From the NCBI RefSeq assembly GCF_964213995.1, contig NC_135815.1:22816001-22880000 (forward strand): a stretch of 64,000 nucleotides of DNA, written 5' to 3'. Position 1 is the stretch's first letter; each line of letters begins with the position of its first letter. Origin of the DNA: Mustelus asterias (lineage: Eukaryota). Shown here piece after piece: positions 24,870 through 37,790 of the stretch. The position numbers and the translations under genes were made by a program. The notes below the pieces were generated by a model that was given only the letters and a program-made list of their open reading frames with translations, was not told the origin of the DNA and did not search any database.

Positions 24870-24995
24870 GGGCGGGATTTTCCAGCCTCACTCGCCCCGA
24901 AACTGGAAATCCCGCCCGAGGTCAACAGACCTCTCCATGGTCCGCCCCTTGCCCGCTCCGATTCCCATGGCAGGCAGGACAGTAAAATTCCCCCC
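24870..24995. mobile_element. About 125-bp GC-rich MITE-like element
   Basis: Imperfect terminal inverted repeats gggcgggattttcc...gtaaaattcccccc flanked by att/att. Related copies near 27937-28072, 39490-39615, 41710-41826 and 44417-44543. Confidence 0.55.
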
Positions 24996-25020
24996 ATTGT
25001 CTCTGTGATAGTTATCTAAA

Positions 25021-25184
25021 ATGTGGAGATGCCGGCGTTGGACTGGGGTAAGCACAGTAAGAAGTCTCACAACACCAGGTTAAAGTCCAACAGGTTTATT
25101 TGGTAGCACAAGGTAGGTTATTTGTGGCTTGTGCTACCAAATAAACCTGTTGGACTTTAACCTGGTGTTGTGAGACATCTTACT
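25021..25184 (-). mobile_element. Short palindromic Penelope-like derivative
   Basis: Inverted arms of about 55 bp (agtaagaagtctcacaacaccaggttaaagtccaacaggtttatttggtagcacaag and its complement) plus a unique end. 13-bp TSD atagttatctaaa/atagtcatctaaa (25008-25020 and 25185-25197). Confidence 0.75.
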
Positions 25185-25431
25185 ATAGTCATCTAAAACA
25201 GCAACTCAGCTAGTCCCACCCCTCGACCTGTAACCCTGTAAAATATTTTCTCTTCAGATACCCCCCAGTTCCCATCTGAAAACTGAAATTAAATCTGAGT
25301 CCACCACACGCTCAGGCAGTACATCCCAGATCCAAACCACTTGTTGCATAAAAAGATTTTTCCTCGTATCACATCTGGTTCTTTTTTATTCACCTTAGGG
25401 TTCTTGACCTTCTGTCAATTGTAACGACATT

Positions 25432-25712
25432 TTCTCTTCCACCTTCTTCTGTCGGGTAAAAGATACAAAAGTCTGAGGTCACATACCAACCGACTCAAGA
25501 ACAGCTTCTTCCGTGCTGCCGTCAGACTTTTGAATGGACCTACCTCACATTAAGTTAATCTTTCTCTACACCCTCGCTATGACTGGAACACTACATTCTG
25601 CACTCTCTCATTTCCTTCTCTATGAATGGTATGCTTTGTCTCTATAGCGCGCAAGAAACAATACTTTTCACTGTGTACTCATACATGTGACAATAATAAA
25701 TCAAATCAAATC
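25432..25712 (+). mobile_element. Rex1/Babar-type LINE, 3' end
   Basis: Encodes GKRYKSLRSHTNRLKNSFF and ends tgtgacaataataaatcaaatcaaatc. Confidence 0.75.
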
Positions 25713-26374
25713 AGTTTACCCCCATTTACCCAATATAGACCCCCTCCTGCTTTTGGATACTTCTAACCAATCTCCTCTCAACCTTCTCTTCCCCGAGGAA
25801 ACCTACCATAGCTTTGCCAATCTATCCATATAACAAAACTCTGTCTTCCTTGGGACCATCATAAATCTTTCCTGCACCCTTTCGAAAACCTCCCTCTTGA
25901 GGCTGAATCAGTGTTTTATGAAGGTTCATGACTTGCTTTTGTATTCTGTGCTCCTATTTATAAAACCCAGGATTCAGTATCATTTATTAATTACTTTCTC
26001 AGCCTGCCCTGGACCTTCAATGATTTATACACTTTGACATCCAGATCCCTCTGCTCCTGCATTTCCTTTAGAAATGTACCCTTTACTTTTTGTCACCTTG
26101 GCATGTTCTTCTGACCAAAATACATCATTCTATATTAAATTTCATCTGCCATGTGTCCTCTCATTCCACCAGCCTGTCTGTATCCTCTTATAGTCTTTCA
26201 CTATCCTCCTCACCAATCACAGTCATCCCAAATTTTGAAATTGTGCTCTGGCCTGGGTTATTCATGTAAATCAAGAGAAGCAGTTGTCCCTCTACATACC
26301 ATCCACTGGAATTTTTCTGTAATTAATGTTTTAATAGGCATGAATTAAATAATGAAACAGTTGCATAATGAAAT

Positions 26375-26940
26375 CTAGGGTGTTGGTGAGGTCACACCAG
26401 AGTATTGTGTGCCGTTTTGGTGTCCTTATCTGAGGAAGGATGTCCTTGCTATAGAGGGAGTACAGTGAAGGTTTACCAGGCTGATTCCTGGCAGATCTGT
26501 CATATGAGGAGAGACTAAGTTGGTTGGGACTATATTCACTGGAGTTTAGAAGAGTGAGAGGGGATCTCATAGAAACTTACAAAATTCAAACAGGGTTAGA
26601 TAGGGTAGATTCAGAAAGAATGTTCCCAATGGCGGGGGAGTCCAGAACTACAAGTCATAGTTTGAGGATAAGGGGTAAACCTTTTAGAACTGAGGTGAGG
26701 AGAAATTTCGCCCCCCAGAGGGTGGTGAATGTGTGGAATTCACTACCACAGAATGTAGTTGAGGCCTAAATGTTGTCTGATTTTAAGAAATTAGATATAG
26801 ATCTTGGGACTAGAGGGATCAAAGGATATGGGGGGAGGGGGGATCCGAATACTGAATTTGATGATCAGCCATGATCATAATGAATGGCCGAGCAGGCTCA
26901 AAGGGGCTAATGGACTACTCCTGCTTCTAGTTTCTATGTT
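26375..26940 (+). mobile_element. CR1 LINE, 3' fragment
   Basis: GLYSLEFRRVRGDLIETYKI...QRVVNVWNSLPQ; same subfamily as 57035-58538. Confidence 0.85.
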
Positions 26941-28234
26941 TACTGATTCAAAACACCATGTGGTTCAAACTAAAATATCCACTGGCACTAAGATTTTTCA
27001 TTTAAAAAGCAGTTTTGCTGGCGTTTGGTGAATCAAATGATTAAGACACGGGAAAACAACGTAACAATAGATTTAGAAATGATATGGCCAACACATTTTC
27101 TTCAAACGTCTTCACCTCAAAATCTGCCACAACACCACTGATCCTAAGAAACTGCTACTTCCACTTCTGTAACAATGTGAGTCTCTGCCCCATCTGAGCT
27201 CCTCTCCTACTGAAATCCTCATCCACACTTGATAGCTGAAGGTATGATCTTCAAAAGGTGGACCAATTACAAACAGATGCACAACAGGACAAAATAGGAC
27301 AGGCACCAAGATACTGGAGGGTACAGAGAAAAGGGTTGGAAAGCATGAACTATATTTAAGGTAATGGTTATGGTTTGATTTGCTATCTGCAACAGGTTAT
27401 CAAAAGTATAATATTTATAATACCAGATGGGATAGGTAGAGAGAATAAAGGAGAAGGAATTTGTGTTTCTTTAATCTTCTATTACAAATTAATGCATTAG
27501 GTGATGATGCCATTCCCAAGCATGTCTTTAAGCTTCACAAATGTCTCATTCTACAGAGACACATTTAGTAAAGGTGCACTTTCAGCAGTTATATTTACAT
27601 ATCATTTAAGAAGAAGTGTCATTCAAAAAGTGTACAGTAATTAGCCATCATGCAAAGATGCTGAATATTTGAAAAGTACGTGCAAAAGGAAAGAATCAGT
27701 TCTGAATGTTGATTTGCTGTGTGCAGATTAAAGATCTCATTTTTAATGATGCACCAGTCAGAGCACTCAAATATCCCAAAATATTATTCCCTTTTCATGT
27801 ATTCCAATTTGGAAAAGCTCTGTGTAGTATAAGACAGGCCTTGCATAAGACAGACTGAACTAAGAACTTGAGTGCTACTTAAAAATGTAAAGGTTCAGTC
27901 CCTGATCTGCACTAATCTGGTTCATCCATGGCAGAGACGGAATTTTCCCATCCCGCCCGCCAGGATGGGAAAATTCAGGAATTGTAGTGGGCGGGACATG
28001 GACCATGCAAAGGTCTGTTGACCTCGGGTGGAATTTTCCAGTCTTGGGGCAGGTGCAGCCAGAAATTCCCACCCAAGATGTCTGTGGTTGGTCTCCAGTC
28101 CTGGACCTGAGAAGGTTCCTGCTCTTCAGCCCGATCACATGACAGAGGCTAACATAATTTAAAGATGGGGCCAATCAGATCCAAGCAATGACAGAGTCAA
28201 CATGTCCAACATCAATACCTGGTAAAACAATGCA

Positions 28235-29890
28235 GTCCATACTAGACATGGTACTGGGGAATGAACCAGGCCAGATGATCAATGTTTCAGCGCGGGAGCA
28301 TTTTGGGCTTAGCGACCATAATTACATAAGAGTTCGGGTAGTCATGGATGAGAACAAGAGTGGCCCTCGGGTCAGGGTGGTTAATTGGGCGAGGGCCAAT
28401 TGCATCCAAATTAAACAGCAACTGGGGAATGTGGATTGGGAGCGGCTATGTGAGGGCAAATCCACGGCTGGAATGTGGGAGGCTTTTAAAGGCCAGTGAT
28501 TGAAGTGCAGGACAGGCATGTCCCGCAAAAATGAAGGATAAAAATGGCAGGATTTGAGAACCATGGATGACAAGGGAACTTGTAAGTTTAGTCAAAAGTG
28601 AAAGGAAGCATACGATAGGTCTAGGCATCTAAAAACTGACAAAGTCCTTGAGAGTACAGTGAAAATAGGAAGGAATTTAAACGTGGGATGAAGAGGGTGA
28701 AAAGGAGCCATAAAGTGTCTTTAGCAAACAGGGTCAAGGAGAATCCCAAGGCTTTCTTTGCATATATTAGGAGCAAGAGGGTAGCAAGAGAAAGAGTAGG
28801 CCCACTCAAGGACAATGGAGGGAAGTTATGCGTGGAACCACACAGGAAGTGGATGAAATCCTGAATGAGTACTTTGAATCGTTATTCACCAAGGAGAAGG
28901 ACATGACAGATGTTGAGGTCAGGGATAGGTGTGTGAACGCTCTAGAGAATGTCAATATATCGAAGGAGGAAGTGTTGAGTATCCTAATTGGCATTAAGGT
29001 AGACAAGTCCCTGAGGCCGGATGGGACCTATCCTAGGTTGCAGCGGAAGGCAAGGAAAGAAATATCTGGGGCCTTAACGGAGATCGTCACATCCTCTTTG
29101 ACCACAGGTGAGGTTCCGGAGGATTGGAGAATAGCAAATGTTGTTCCCTTGATTAAGAAAGGAAGCAGGGATAATCCAGGAAATTATAGGCCAGTGAGCC
29201 TGACATCAGTGGTGGAGAAGCTTTTGGAGATACTGAGGGACAGGACATTTGGAAGAAAATGAACTAGTTAGTGACAGGCAGCATGGCTTTGTACGGGGAA
29301 GGTCATGTCTCACCAACTTGATTGAATTTTTTGAAGAGGTGACAAAGATAATTGATGAGGGAAGGACTGTGGATGTAGTTTATATGGACTTTAATAAGGC
29401 ATTTGGTAAGGTCCCACATGACAGACTGCTACAAAAACTAAAATCACATGGGATTCAACATGGGCTGGCTAGATGGATACAGAACTGCCTTGGTTATAGA
29501 AGACAGAGAGTAGCGGTGGAAAGATGCTTTTCAGAATGGAGATCTGTAGCTGGTGGTGTTCCGCAGGAATCAGTGCTGGGACCTCTGTTGTTTGTAGCAT
29601 ATAAAAATGATCTGGAGGAAAATGTGGGTGGTCTGATTAGTAAGTTTGCGGATGATGTGAAGATTGATGGAGTTGCTGATACTGCCAAGGATTGTCAGAG
29701 GATACAACAGGATGTAGATAGATTGGAGACTTGGGCACAGAAATGGCAGATGGAGTTTAATCTGGATAAATACGAGGCGATGTATTTTGGAGGATCAAAT
29801 TTAGGTGTGAATTATATTATAAATGGCAGAATCCTTCAGAACATTAACATACAGAATCTGGGTTTGCAGGTCCACAGTTCCCTAAGGTGA
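28235..29890 (+). mobile_element. CR1 LINE ORF2 remnant (end of endonuclease through RT)
   Basis: LDMVLGNE..SDHN, PEDWRIANVVPL.KKGSRDNPGNYRPVSLTS, QHGFVRGRSCLTNLIEFF, GVPQESVLGPLLF, KFADD. Frameshifted. Confidence 0.9.
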
Positions 29891-30240
29891 GTGACCTGAT
29901 GAAGGAGCAGCGCTCCAAAAGCTTGTGATTCCAAATAAATCTGTTGGACTTTAACCTGGTGTTGTGAGACTTCTTACTGTGTCCACCCCAGTCCAACTTC
30001 GGCATCTCCACCTCATGACACCACAAGCTGCAGGCTCAAAGTGGAGAGGATCTCCAAGAAGATTGCCACAACACCACAGACATCAGTTTCTACAAGATGC
30101 AAGAAAGCAGTCAAGATCCTGAAAGGACTACAGATCACAAACCCACTCAAGTCAACAGACTCACCTGATGAAGGAGCAGTGCTGCGAAAGCTCGTGATTC
30201 CAAATAAACCTGTTGGACTTTAAGCTGGTGTTGTGAGACT
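29891..30240 (+). mobile_element. Penelope-like element fragment: pLTR, ORF start, second tandem pLTR
   Basis: Two direct copies of ctgatgaaggagcag.gct.c.aaagct.gtgattccaaataaa.ctgttggactttaa flank a frameshifted ORF start (ATG at 30015; CRLKVERISKKIA...RCKKAVKILKGLQITNPLKST) that resembles vertebrate Penelope N-termini. Confidence 0.7.
30161..30197 (+). ncRNA. Minimal hammerhead ribozyme motif (one stem II mismatch)
   Basis: ucac-CUGAUGA-A-GGAGC-AGU-GCUGC-GAAA-GCUC-guga. Confidence 0.7.
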
Positions 30241-30244
30241 ACTT

Positions 30245-30625
30245 TCAGTATCTGAGGAATTGCGAATGGTGCTGAACATTGTGCAGTCGTCTGCGAACAT
30301 CCCCACTTCTGACCTTATGAGGGGAGGAAGGTCATTGATGAAGCAGATGAAGATGGTTGGGCCGAGGACACTACCCTGAGGAACTCCTCAGTGATGTCCT
30401 GGAGCCAAGCTGACTGACCTCCAATCACCACAACCATCTTTCTTTGTGCCAGGCATGACTCCAGCCAGTCGCGAGTTTCCCCCCTGATTCCCATTGAGCC
30501 GAGGTTTGCTGGGGCTCCTTGATGTTGCACACGCAGTCAAAAGCTGCCTTAATGTCAAGGGCAGTCACATTCACCCCAACTCTGGCATTCAGCTCTTTTG
30601 TCCATGTTTGAACCAAAGCTGCAAA
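30245..30625 (-). mobile_element. CR1/L2-group LINE RT fragment
   Basis: ALVQTWTKELN...VTALDIKAAFD; same family as 9180-10932. Confidence 0.7.
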
Positions 30626-32019
30626 ACATAAACCAGAAGATACCATATTGAAACTGTGTGATGCTCCGGTCAACTCAGATCTTGGTTGTGTAATTTCATG
30701 GGGGTTCTGTATCTGTTACCATACATCATCCATCAGGAGGCTGAGGGAACCTCAAGGGAAACATTTACGTCATTTGCCTGGGATTCCACCGGAGATATAA
30801 CAAGGTCTGGGAGACTCCTCAGGGAATTTCAGGCCTCAGCTCTGGTCACCAAGACATAAGGAAAAACTGAGGATGACAATCCCTATTATCAAAGTACCGA
30901 AGAATAATCATTTGGGACAGGAAGGCCTGAAGCACCTGTGGGAAAAAAAAACCTCAGCAAGGTTTGGAGTCACATGTAGGCCAGACCAGGTATCCTTTTG
31001 AAAAACAAGGAAAGCAGCCAAGATTTTCTCACTAAAAAAATGCAGTCCTAAGTGTCTCCTCTCAGCTATTCAGAAAGTAACCGTTTGACAAAAATGTCCG
31101 CTAATGTCACTGAAGGTTACGAAGATGAGGTTTTTCTACTCATCCTGGTAAACCTGCTGTGGCAGGTTTGCATTTGTACACATTATGGAGTTTAGAGGCC
31201 CTTTTGCTGAAGTCAACATGGAAGATCAAGAGAATCTCAATGGAAACTCACCTCCAATTCCCTCTCACAGCGATGAGAGTTAAATATGTAGACTGTCGGG
31301 TTTGAAGCACTCGAGATATCCCGAGGGCATGCAGACGAGAATTCTTTTCATTTCTTAAAAGAAGCAGGAAAAATAATGAGGAAACCACTCATGGATTTTA
31401 TTTTCTGTACTTAGCACAGAATTTTGTCTTGATGCACAAAGGTACTAACAGAATTTAAGCAAAACAACGTGTACCTGTTAAGGATTTTCTTACAATCTCG
31501 ATGAAGGCTAATCTGCTTCACAACTGCTTGGCTAACTACAGAATGTTAGTAAGTCTGGCAGCACCTGAAAAGAAGAAATCATTAGTTCTTCGGATGTAGA
31601 CTTTTTTTGGCTTAGATTTGCAACTGAAGTTTAATTCCAAATGGCTAATGATGGGTTTTAGACTCCCTCAAATTGAAATATGCAGTTTGCATTCAATTTT
31701 CTGAAATTAGATTTGGGTAGATACAATGCGCATCTTAGAAGTGGAAATGAAAAGTTGCACGTAAGTGAAATTTAATGGACAGGGATATTGGCAGGGAAAA
31801 ATTACAAAAGCCTTTGGAAAAGTTCAGTACACCGAAGGCAAGTGGGGGTAGCTCAGTAAATAATTACCTGTTTGATAGTTAATAAAATGGTGGGAGGGGT
31901 TACATAAGGTGACCCTCTGTGCTACATCACTTCAGCACATGTGAAAGAAGATGGAGTTAGATTTCAAACTTCTGACTCTGCCCTCTTGTGCATCCTTCCC
32001 TCTTATGCCCTGTTACTGT

Positions 32020-32370
32020 TTTTTTATTATTCATTCGTGGGACATGAACGTCACAGGCTGGGCCGGCATTTATTGCCCATCCCCAGTTGAGAATCAACCA
32101 CGTTGCTGTGGAGTCACATGTAGGCCAGACCAGGTAAGGACGGCAGATTTCCTTCCCTAAAGACCAGGTTAAAGTTAGTGAACCAGTGAGTTTTTCCGAC
32201 AATCGACAATGGTTTCATGGTCGTCAGTAGATTCTTAATTCCAGATTTTTTTATTGAATTCAACTTCCACCATCTGCCGTGGTGGGATTCGAACCCTGGT
32301 CCCCAGAATATTAGCTGAGTTTCTGGATTAATAGTCTAGTGACAATGCCACTAGGTTTACTGCTTCCCCG
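32020..32370 (-). mobile_element. Second tRNA-derived SINE family
   Basis: Reverse strand has a B-box-like gggttcgaatccc and the tail gggatgggcaataaatgccggcccagcc...cccacgaatgaataataaaaaaa. Confidence 0.7.
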
Positions 32371-33939
32371 GTTGCTGTGCCTTCAGCCACCTCAGTTCCT
32401 CAGTCTGGTATACCCTCTCTAAACTCCTCTGGTCCTCCACTTCTCACTATTCCTTCAAGAAAGCCTTTAAAATCCACCTCTTTGTCCAAGCATTTGAATA
32501 TCCCACCTCGAATCTCCTCCTTTGGCTTTGCAAGCTGTTATTGATTACAGCACTTTATAGTTCTTTGAGAAATGTCTCTGCATTAGAGGCTATATAACTT
32601 CCAGCCCCTGGTGATGTTAATGATGTGCTGTCCTTATGCTGCGCACTAACTCTGTGCCCTTACAGCATATGGCACAATACTATATTTGGCTCGCTAATGA
32701 CCCGAAACATCTTGTAATCTTTGCCAGCTTGGTGTGCCAGGGCCTGCAGATATGGTTGATGGCTTCTTGACAGTGTAGGCAGTCAGCATTTACTGGCTGC
32801 TGCTCACTCTGGCATGCCTTCTTTCAGGAAGGAGCTTTGAAAGTGCAACATGCTGCAATTTGGTTATTTATTGGAAAGCATCTCTTTTATGATTAATCGG
32901 GAATTCACATCTGTTATTCATGACAGCTGGCCAGCACTTAAACTTCCTTCGGGAAGAGGAGAAACCCCATTTACTAATGGTCCATTAATGTAAAATCTGT
33001 GAAGGTCTCAGCAGATGCAGGTGTGCGCGGAGAACTCCTCACACAGCTCGGTCTGCCTGGTGCTCTTTATTGATCCTCCAAACGCCCTGGAAAAGGAGAT
33101 ACCCATTGGAAAACCCTTTGGTGCCATGGATGGCACTGGGGAGAGTCAGGGGGCGGAGGGGGGAGCGGGAGAGGGTGTGGGGGGTGGGGGGAGGGGGAGG
33201 TGGGGGTCGGGGGGAGTGGGGGTGGAGACAAATAATTTACCAAGTGTCACAAAAGCTGTTGAGGGCAAAACAGTTAGTAAGGAAAATTAAAATTTAAAAC
33301 TAAAATGTTATTCCTGACCTTCAATGTGCTCCTAATTGCCTCAGAACCATTATATCCAAGAGGGCTTGTTTGACATCATGGCCAGGATTCTCCCATCTTG
33401 CTCAAGTACTGCAGCAGGCTGGGAGGTAACAGCAGGAGGCCTTTAGTGGGATTCGCGACCTGCGTCTGGCTGATCACGAGTCTTCGAGGCCCTTCTTCTC
33501 AGTGTTATCAGCCCTGTGCTGGAAATCGTCACAGAGCTGATGACCATATGGAAATAGCAATTTCCTTATGATTAACAGGCCTGGGACAGTAGTCTCCAGG
33601 CCTCATGCCTGCCCCCTGAAAGGAGAGGTGGCCACTAGCTGGGTTTACAACTGCTCCCCACTGATGGGGAACAGACGGCCTCACCCCGCCGGTGGGGACA
33701 GAGGCCATTGAGGTCTTCCTGGGAGATTGGGGGCAGGGAGGGGTGCCAGCCTGGGAACCTGGCAGCCTGACACTGCCCAAAAAGCACACTGCCCAGCAGG
33801 CAGCTTGGCACTGCCCACCAGGCACTTTGGCACTTCCAATCCAGGCACTTAGCAGTGCCCAGGGGGCAGGGCCAGAGGGGGGCATGTTATAGGGCGGGGC
33901 CTATTGGGAGGAGTGATTGGTGGTAGAGGGGGGACCCGC

Positions 33940-34288
33940 TGCCACTCTGCAATAGAATCGGTGGGGGAGGGAGTGAGGGGCCAACTGGGGCTGTCCATCG
34001 GGGGAGGGGGTCGGGACTGGCCTTCGGGGGAAGGGGAGGGGTTCGGGACTCTCGGGAAATGGGTAGGTTGGGACTGGCCATTGGGGAGAGGGGTCGGGAC
34101 TGGCTATTGGGGGGTGGGGGAGAGGTCACGGCTGGCCCTCGGGGGAAGGGGAGGGGGTCAGGACTCTCGGGACGGGGGGGTTGGGACTGGCCATTGGGGA
34201 GGGGGGTCGGGACTGGCTACTGAGGGGTGGGAGAGGGGTAGGGGCCAGCCATCGGGGGAGGGGAAGGGGATCAGGACTGGCCATCGGG
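33940..34288. repeat. G-rich imperfect tandem repeat next to the assembly gap
   Basis: Recurrent ggggtcgggactggccat(c/t)ggggga units. Confidence 0.7.
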
Positions 34289-34488
34289 NNNNNNNNNNNN
34301 NNNNNNNNNNNNNNNNNNNNNNNNNNNNNNNNNNNNNNNNNNNNNNNNNNNNNNNNNNNNNNNNNNNNNNNNNNNNNNNNNNNNNNNNNNNNNNNNNNNN
34401 NNNNNNNNNNNNNNNNNNNNNNNNNNNNNNNNNNNNNNNNNNNNNNNNNNNNNNNNNNNNNNNNNNNNNNNNNNNNNNNNNNNNNNNN
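34289..34488. other. Assembly gap (200 N)
   Basis: Run of N. Confidence 1.
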
Positions 34489-34836
34489 AAACAGAAATCA
34501 GACTCCTGTTTTTTAAGCTAAAATCAAATCAGCTAGTCACAGAGATTTACAATTTTAAGTTTTATTGTTTGACCAATTTAACAACAACAGCTTAATACAG
34601 ATAATAGAAAGATAATGGGAGGAATGATCAGATAGATTTGCAATTCTAATCAATTATCTCTGAGCAGTCAGTTAGTACCATCAGCATGAAGTGGAAACAT
34701 TAAATACCATCCTGTACAGTAAGATTCATCACATTGAATTGCTCATTTTACATGGAATTGCCTTTATTACTTACTAATGTAAGGCCCCCATTGGTTCACC
34801 TCTTCCTGAGAGAGTCCTTGTTGGTGCTTCATTCAC

Positions 34837-34938
34837 TCGGCGCACTCTGATTATACTGCTCTGACTGAGTAATCGGCGCACTCTGATTATACTGCTCTGA
34901 CTGAGTAATCGGCGCACTCTGATTATACTGCTCTGACT
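34837..34938. repeat. 36-bp tandem repeat, about 3 copies
   Basis: Unit tcggcgcactctgattatactgctctgactgagtaa. Confidence 0.9.
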
Positions 34939-35029
34939 GCAGAATTCCCCAAACCTGATCCTCTCCCTGCATTACTCCCTGATATCCCCGTCCATAGTAC
35001 CACACATATCCCCAAGTGAGTCGCTTGTG

Positions 35030-36025
35030 CAGCTCCTCTCCCCAGGCACTGTTACTCTCCCCGGGTGCTGCTCCTCTCCCGGGGCGCTGCTCCTCTCCCC
35101 TGGCACTGTTCCTCTCCCCTGGTGTTGTTCCTCTCCCCTGGTGTTGTTCCTCTCCCCTGGTGTTGTTCCTCGCTCCTGGCGTCGCTCCTCTCCCCAGACA
35201 CTGTTCCTCTCCCCAGGCACTGGTCCTCTCCCCTGGCATTGTTCCTCTCCCCGGCACTGTTCCTCTCCCCTGGCACTATTCCTCTCCCCTGGCATTGTTG
35301 CTCTCCCCTGGTGTTGTTCCTCTCTCCTGGCGTTGTTCCTCTCCCCTGGCACTGTTCCTCTCCTTTGGCACTGTTCCTCTCCCCTGGCACTGTTCCTCTC
35401 CCCTGGCGTTGTTCCTCTCCCCTGGCGTTGTTCCTCTCCCCTGGCGTTGTTCCTCTCCCCTGGCGTTGTTCCTCTCCCCTGGCGTTGTTCCTCTCCCCTG
35501 GCACTGTTCCTTTCCCTGGGCACTGTTCCTCTCCCTTGGCACTGTTCCTCTCCCCTGGCACTGTTTCTCTCCCCTGGCATTGTTCCTCTCCCTGGGCACT
35601 GTTCCTCTCCCCTGGCACTGTTTCTCTCCCCTGGCATTGTTCCTCTCCCTGGGCACTGTTCCTCTCCCCTGACGTTGTTCCTCTCCCCTGGCACTGTTCC
35701 TCTCCCTGGGCACTGTTCCTCTCCCCTGGCGTTGTTCCTCTCCCCTGGCGTTGTTCCTCTCCCTGGGCACTGTTCCTCTCCCCTGGCGTTGTTCCTCTCC
35801 CCTGGCACTGTTCCTCTCCCCTGGCACTATTTCTCTCCCCTGGCGCTGTTCCTCTCCCCTGGTGTTGTTCCTCTCCCCTGGTGTTGTTCCTCTCCCCTGG
35901 CGTTGTTCCTCTCCCCGGCACTGTTCCTCTCCCCTAGCGTTGTTCTTCTCCCCTGGCGTTGTTCCTCTCCCCTGGCGTGTTCCTCTCCCCGGGCACTGTT
36001 CCTCTCCCCTGGCATTGTTCCTCTG
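35030..36025. repeat. 19-bp minisatellite, about 50 copies
   Basis: Unit ttcctctcccctggc(act/gtt)g with strong strand purine asymmetry. It accounts for all the long ORFs in this interval. Confidence 0.95.
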
Positions 36026-36693
36026 CCCTCCTCTCACGGTGCTGCCTCAGTTAAAGATCTCATTCACATTATTGTAGTTCGAACAACACATTGTGGAGGC
36101 TCAGCACAGATCATATGCTGCAATTCTGATTGGAGCTTAAAATGTTGACTTAGGTGCGAGTTCTATTAAGTCCGGCACGCGGAAAGAAGTTGACAAATTC
36201 CCAAGTCAGCTGTTACAGCAAAAACTCTTATCGCAATAGCTGCTTTCCTATCTTAAGGTGGAAACGTGCAAATGTTTAATTACAGTGCAGACACCTGCCT
36301 TAATTGATAAGACTGATATTTTAAGGATTACATCCCAAACCAATCATTCTTGACTTTGGCTTACTTTATTGGTTCAAAATATTTTCCCCAGGCAGAGTTT
36401 CAATGTTTGAGTACATAATATGTACTCACTGAGTAATGTAAAGAGCTGTAAAAAAATGAGATATCCACAACACTGTAAATGCTGACAATGGTCTGTGTAC
36501 AATTAGCCACTTCCCATGTAGAGGCTAATCATCATCTGATGATTAAACAGAAGGCAAGACCAAAGGTCAGACCTGCCAATCTTGTTTTCATGTCATATCC
36601 AGTTGGACCATAATTGGACAGACTCCTGGCCTCATATGTACTTCAATATACCTGACATATACACATTTATACAGCACAGTTTCCATTTACTGA

Positions 36694-37260
36694 CAGCACG
36701 GTGGCACAGTGGTTAGCACTGCTGCCTCACAGCGCCAAGGACCCGGGGTCGATTCTCGGCTTGGGTCACTGTCTGTGTGGAGTTTCCACATTCTCCCTGT
36801 GTCTGCATGGATTTCCTCCAGGTGCCCTGGTTTCCTCCCACAGTCTGAAAGACGTGCTGGTTAGGTGCATTGGCCATGCTAAATTCTCCCTCAGTGTACC
36901 CGAACAGGCGCCGGAATGTGGCGACTAGTGGATTTTCACAATAACTTCATAAAAGCTTAAAGTTTATCTATTAGTCACAAGTAGGCTTACATTCACACTG
37001 CAATGAAGTTACTGTGAAATTCCCCGAGTTGCCACACTCTGGTGCCTATTCGGGTACACTGAGGGAGAATTTAGCATGGCCAATTCACCTAACCAGCACA
37101 CCTTTGGACTGTGGGAGGAAACCAGAGCACCCGGAGGAAACCCACGCAGACACGGGGAGAATGTGCAAACTCCACACAGACAGTGACCCAAGCCGGGAAT
37201 TGGACCCGGGTCCCTGGCGCAGTGAGGCAGCAGTTCGAACCACTATGCTGCCGTGCCGCC
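36694..37260. mobile_element. Tail-to-tail pair of type B V-SINEs
   Basis: Forward copy at about 36694-36950 and reverse copy at about 36958-37260. Confidence 0.85.
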
Positions 37261-37790
37261 ATTGCAGTATTAGTGCAAACCTACTTGTGATACTAATAAA
37301 TTAACTTTAAAAACTTTTTACGCCACTCTGCCAGCTTTCACTCAAGCCTGTTGAACAATCTGCTGCAGGCACACTTTTCACCTCAGAGTTGGAATTCTTA
37401 GATTTAAACCTCCCCTCCTCACCTTCAGCCTTTTGTTGACAATTTCTAATAATGTAACAATGTTACTGTGTGTGTGTGTGGATTAAATTTATATTTTCAC
37501 TCTCGCAAAGTGAAGACGCTGATTGCTGTATTATTAAACATGCAAATTAGAAAGTCTCATTTAAGCCTGTGACTGATACTCATTGAGAGGATCTCGGGCA
37601 AAGTGGCAGTTCGGCCATTGATCCTGGCACCCCTGGGTTAGGGAATGCAATAGATTTACAAGACATACAGCACAGCAGAGTGCTCCCTGTGTGGCTCCCT
37701 GCTTCAGCAGGCTGAGAGACTGACACACCTGCTTTAAATAGGGAACATGAGGCTCCCTGATTGGATCATCAATTAGGATTCAATCAGGGA

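Noticed and set aside
34837-34938. 36-bp direct repeats resembling a CRISPR array
   Set aside because: Head-to-tail with no spacers, no cas genes, and eukaryotic context.
34829-36148. Long ORFs (up to 373 aa) on both strands
   Set aside because: They come from the stop-free 19-bp minisatellite; there is no domain or splice support.
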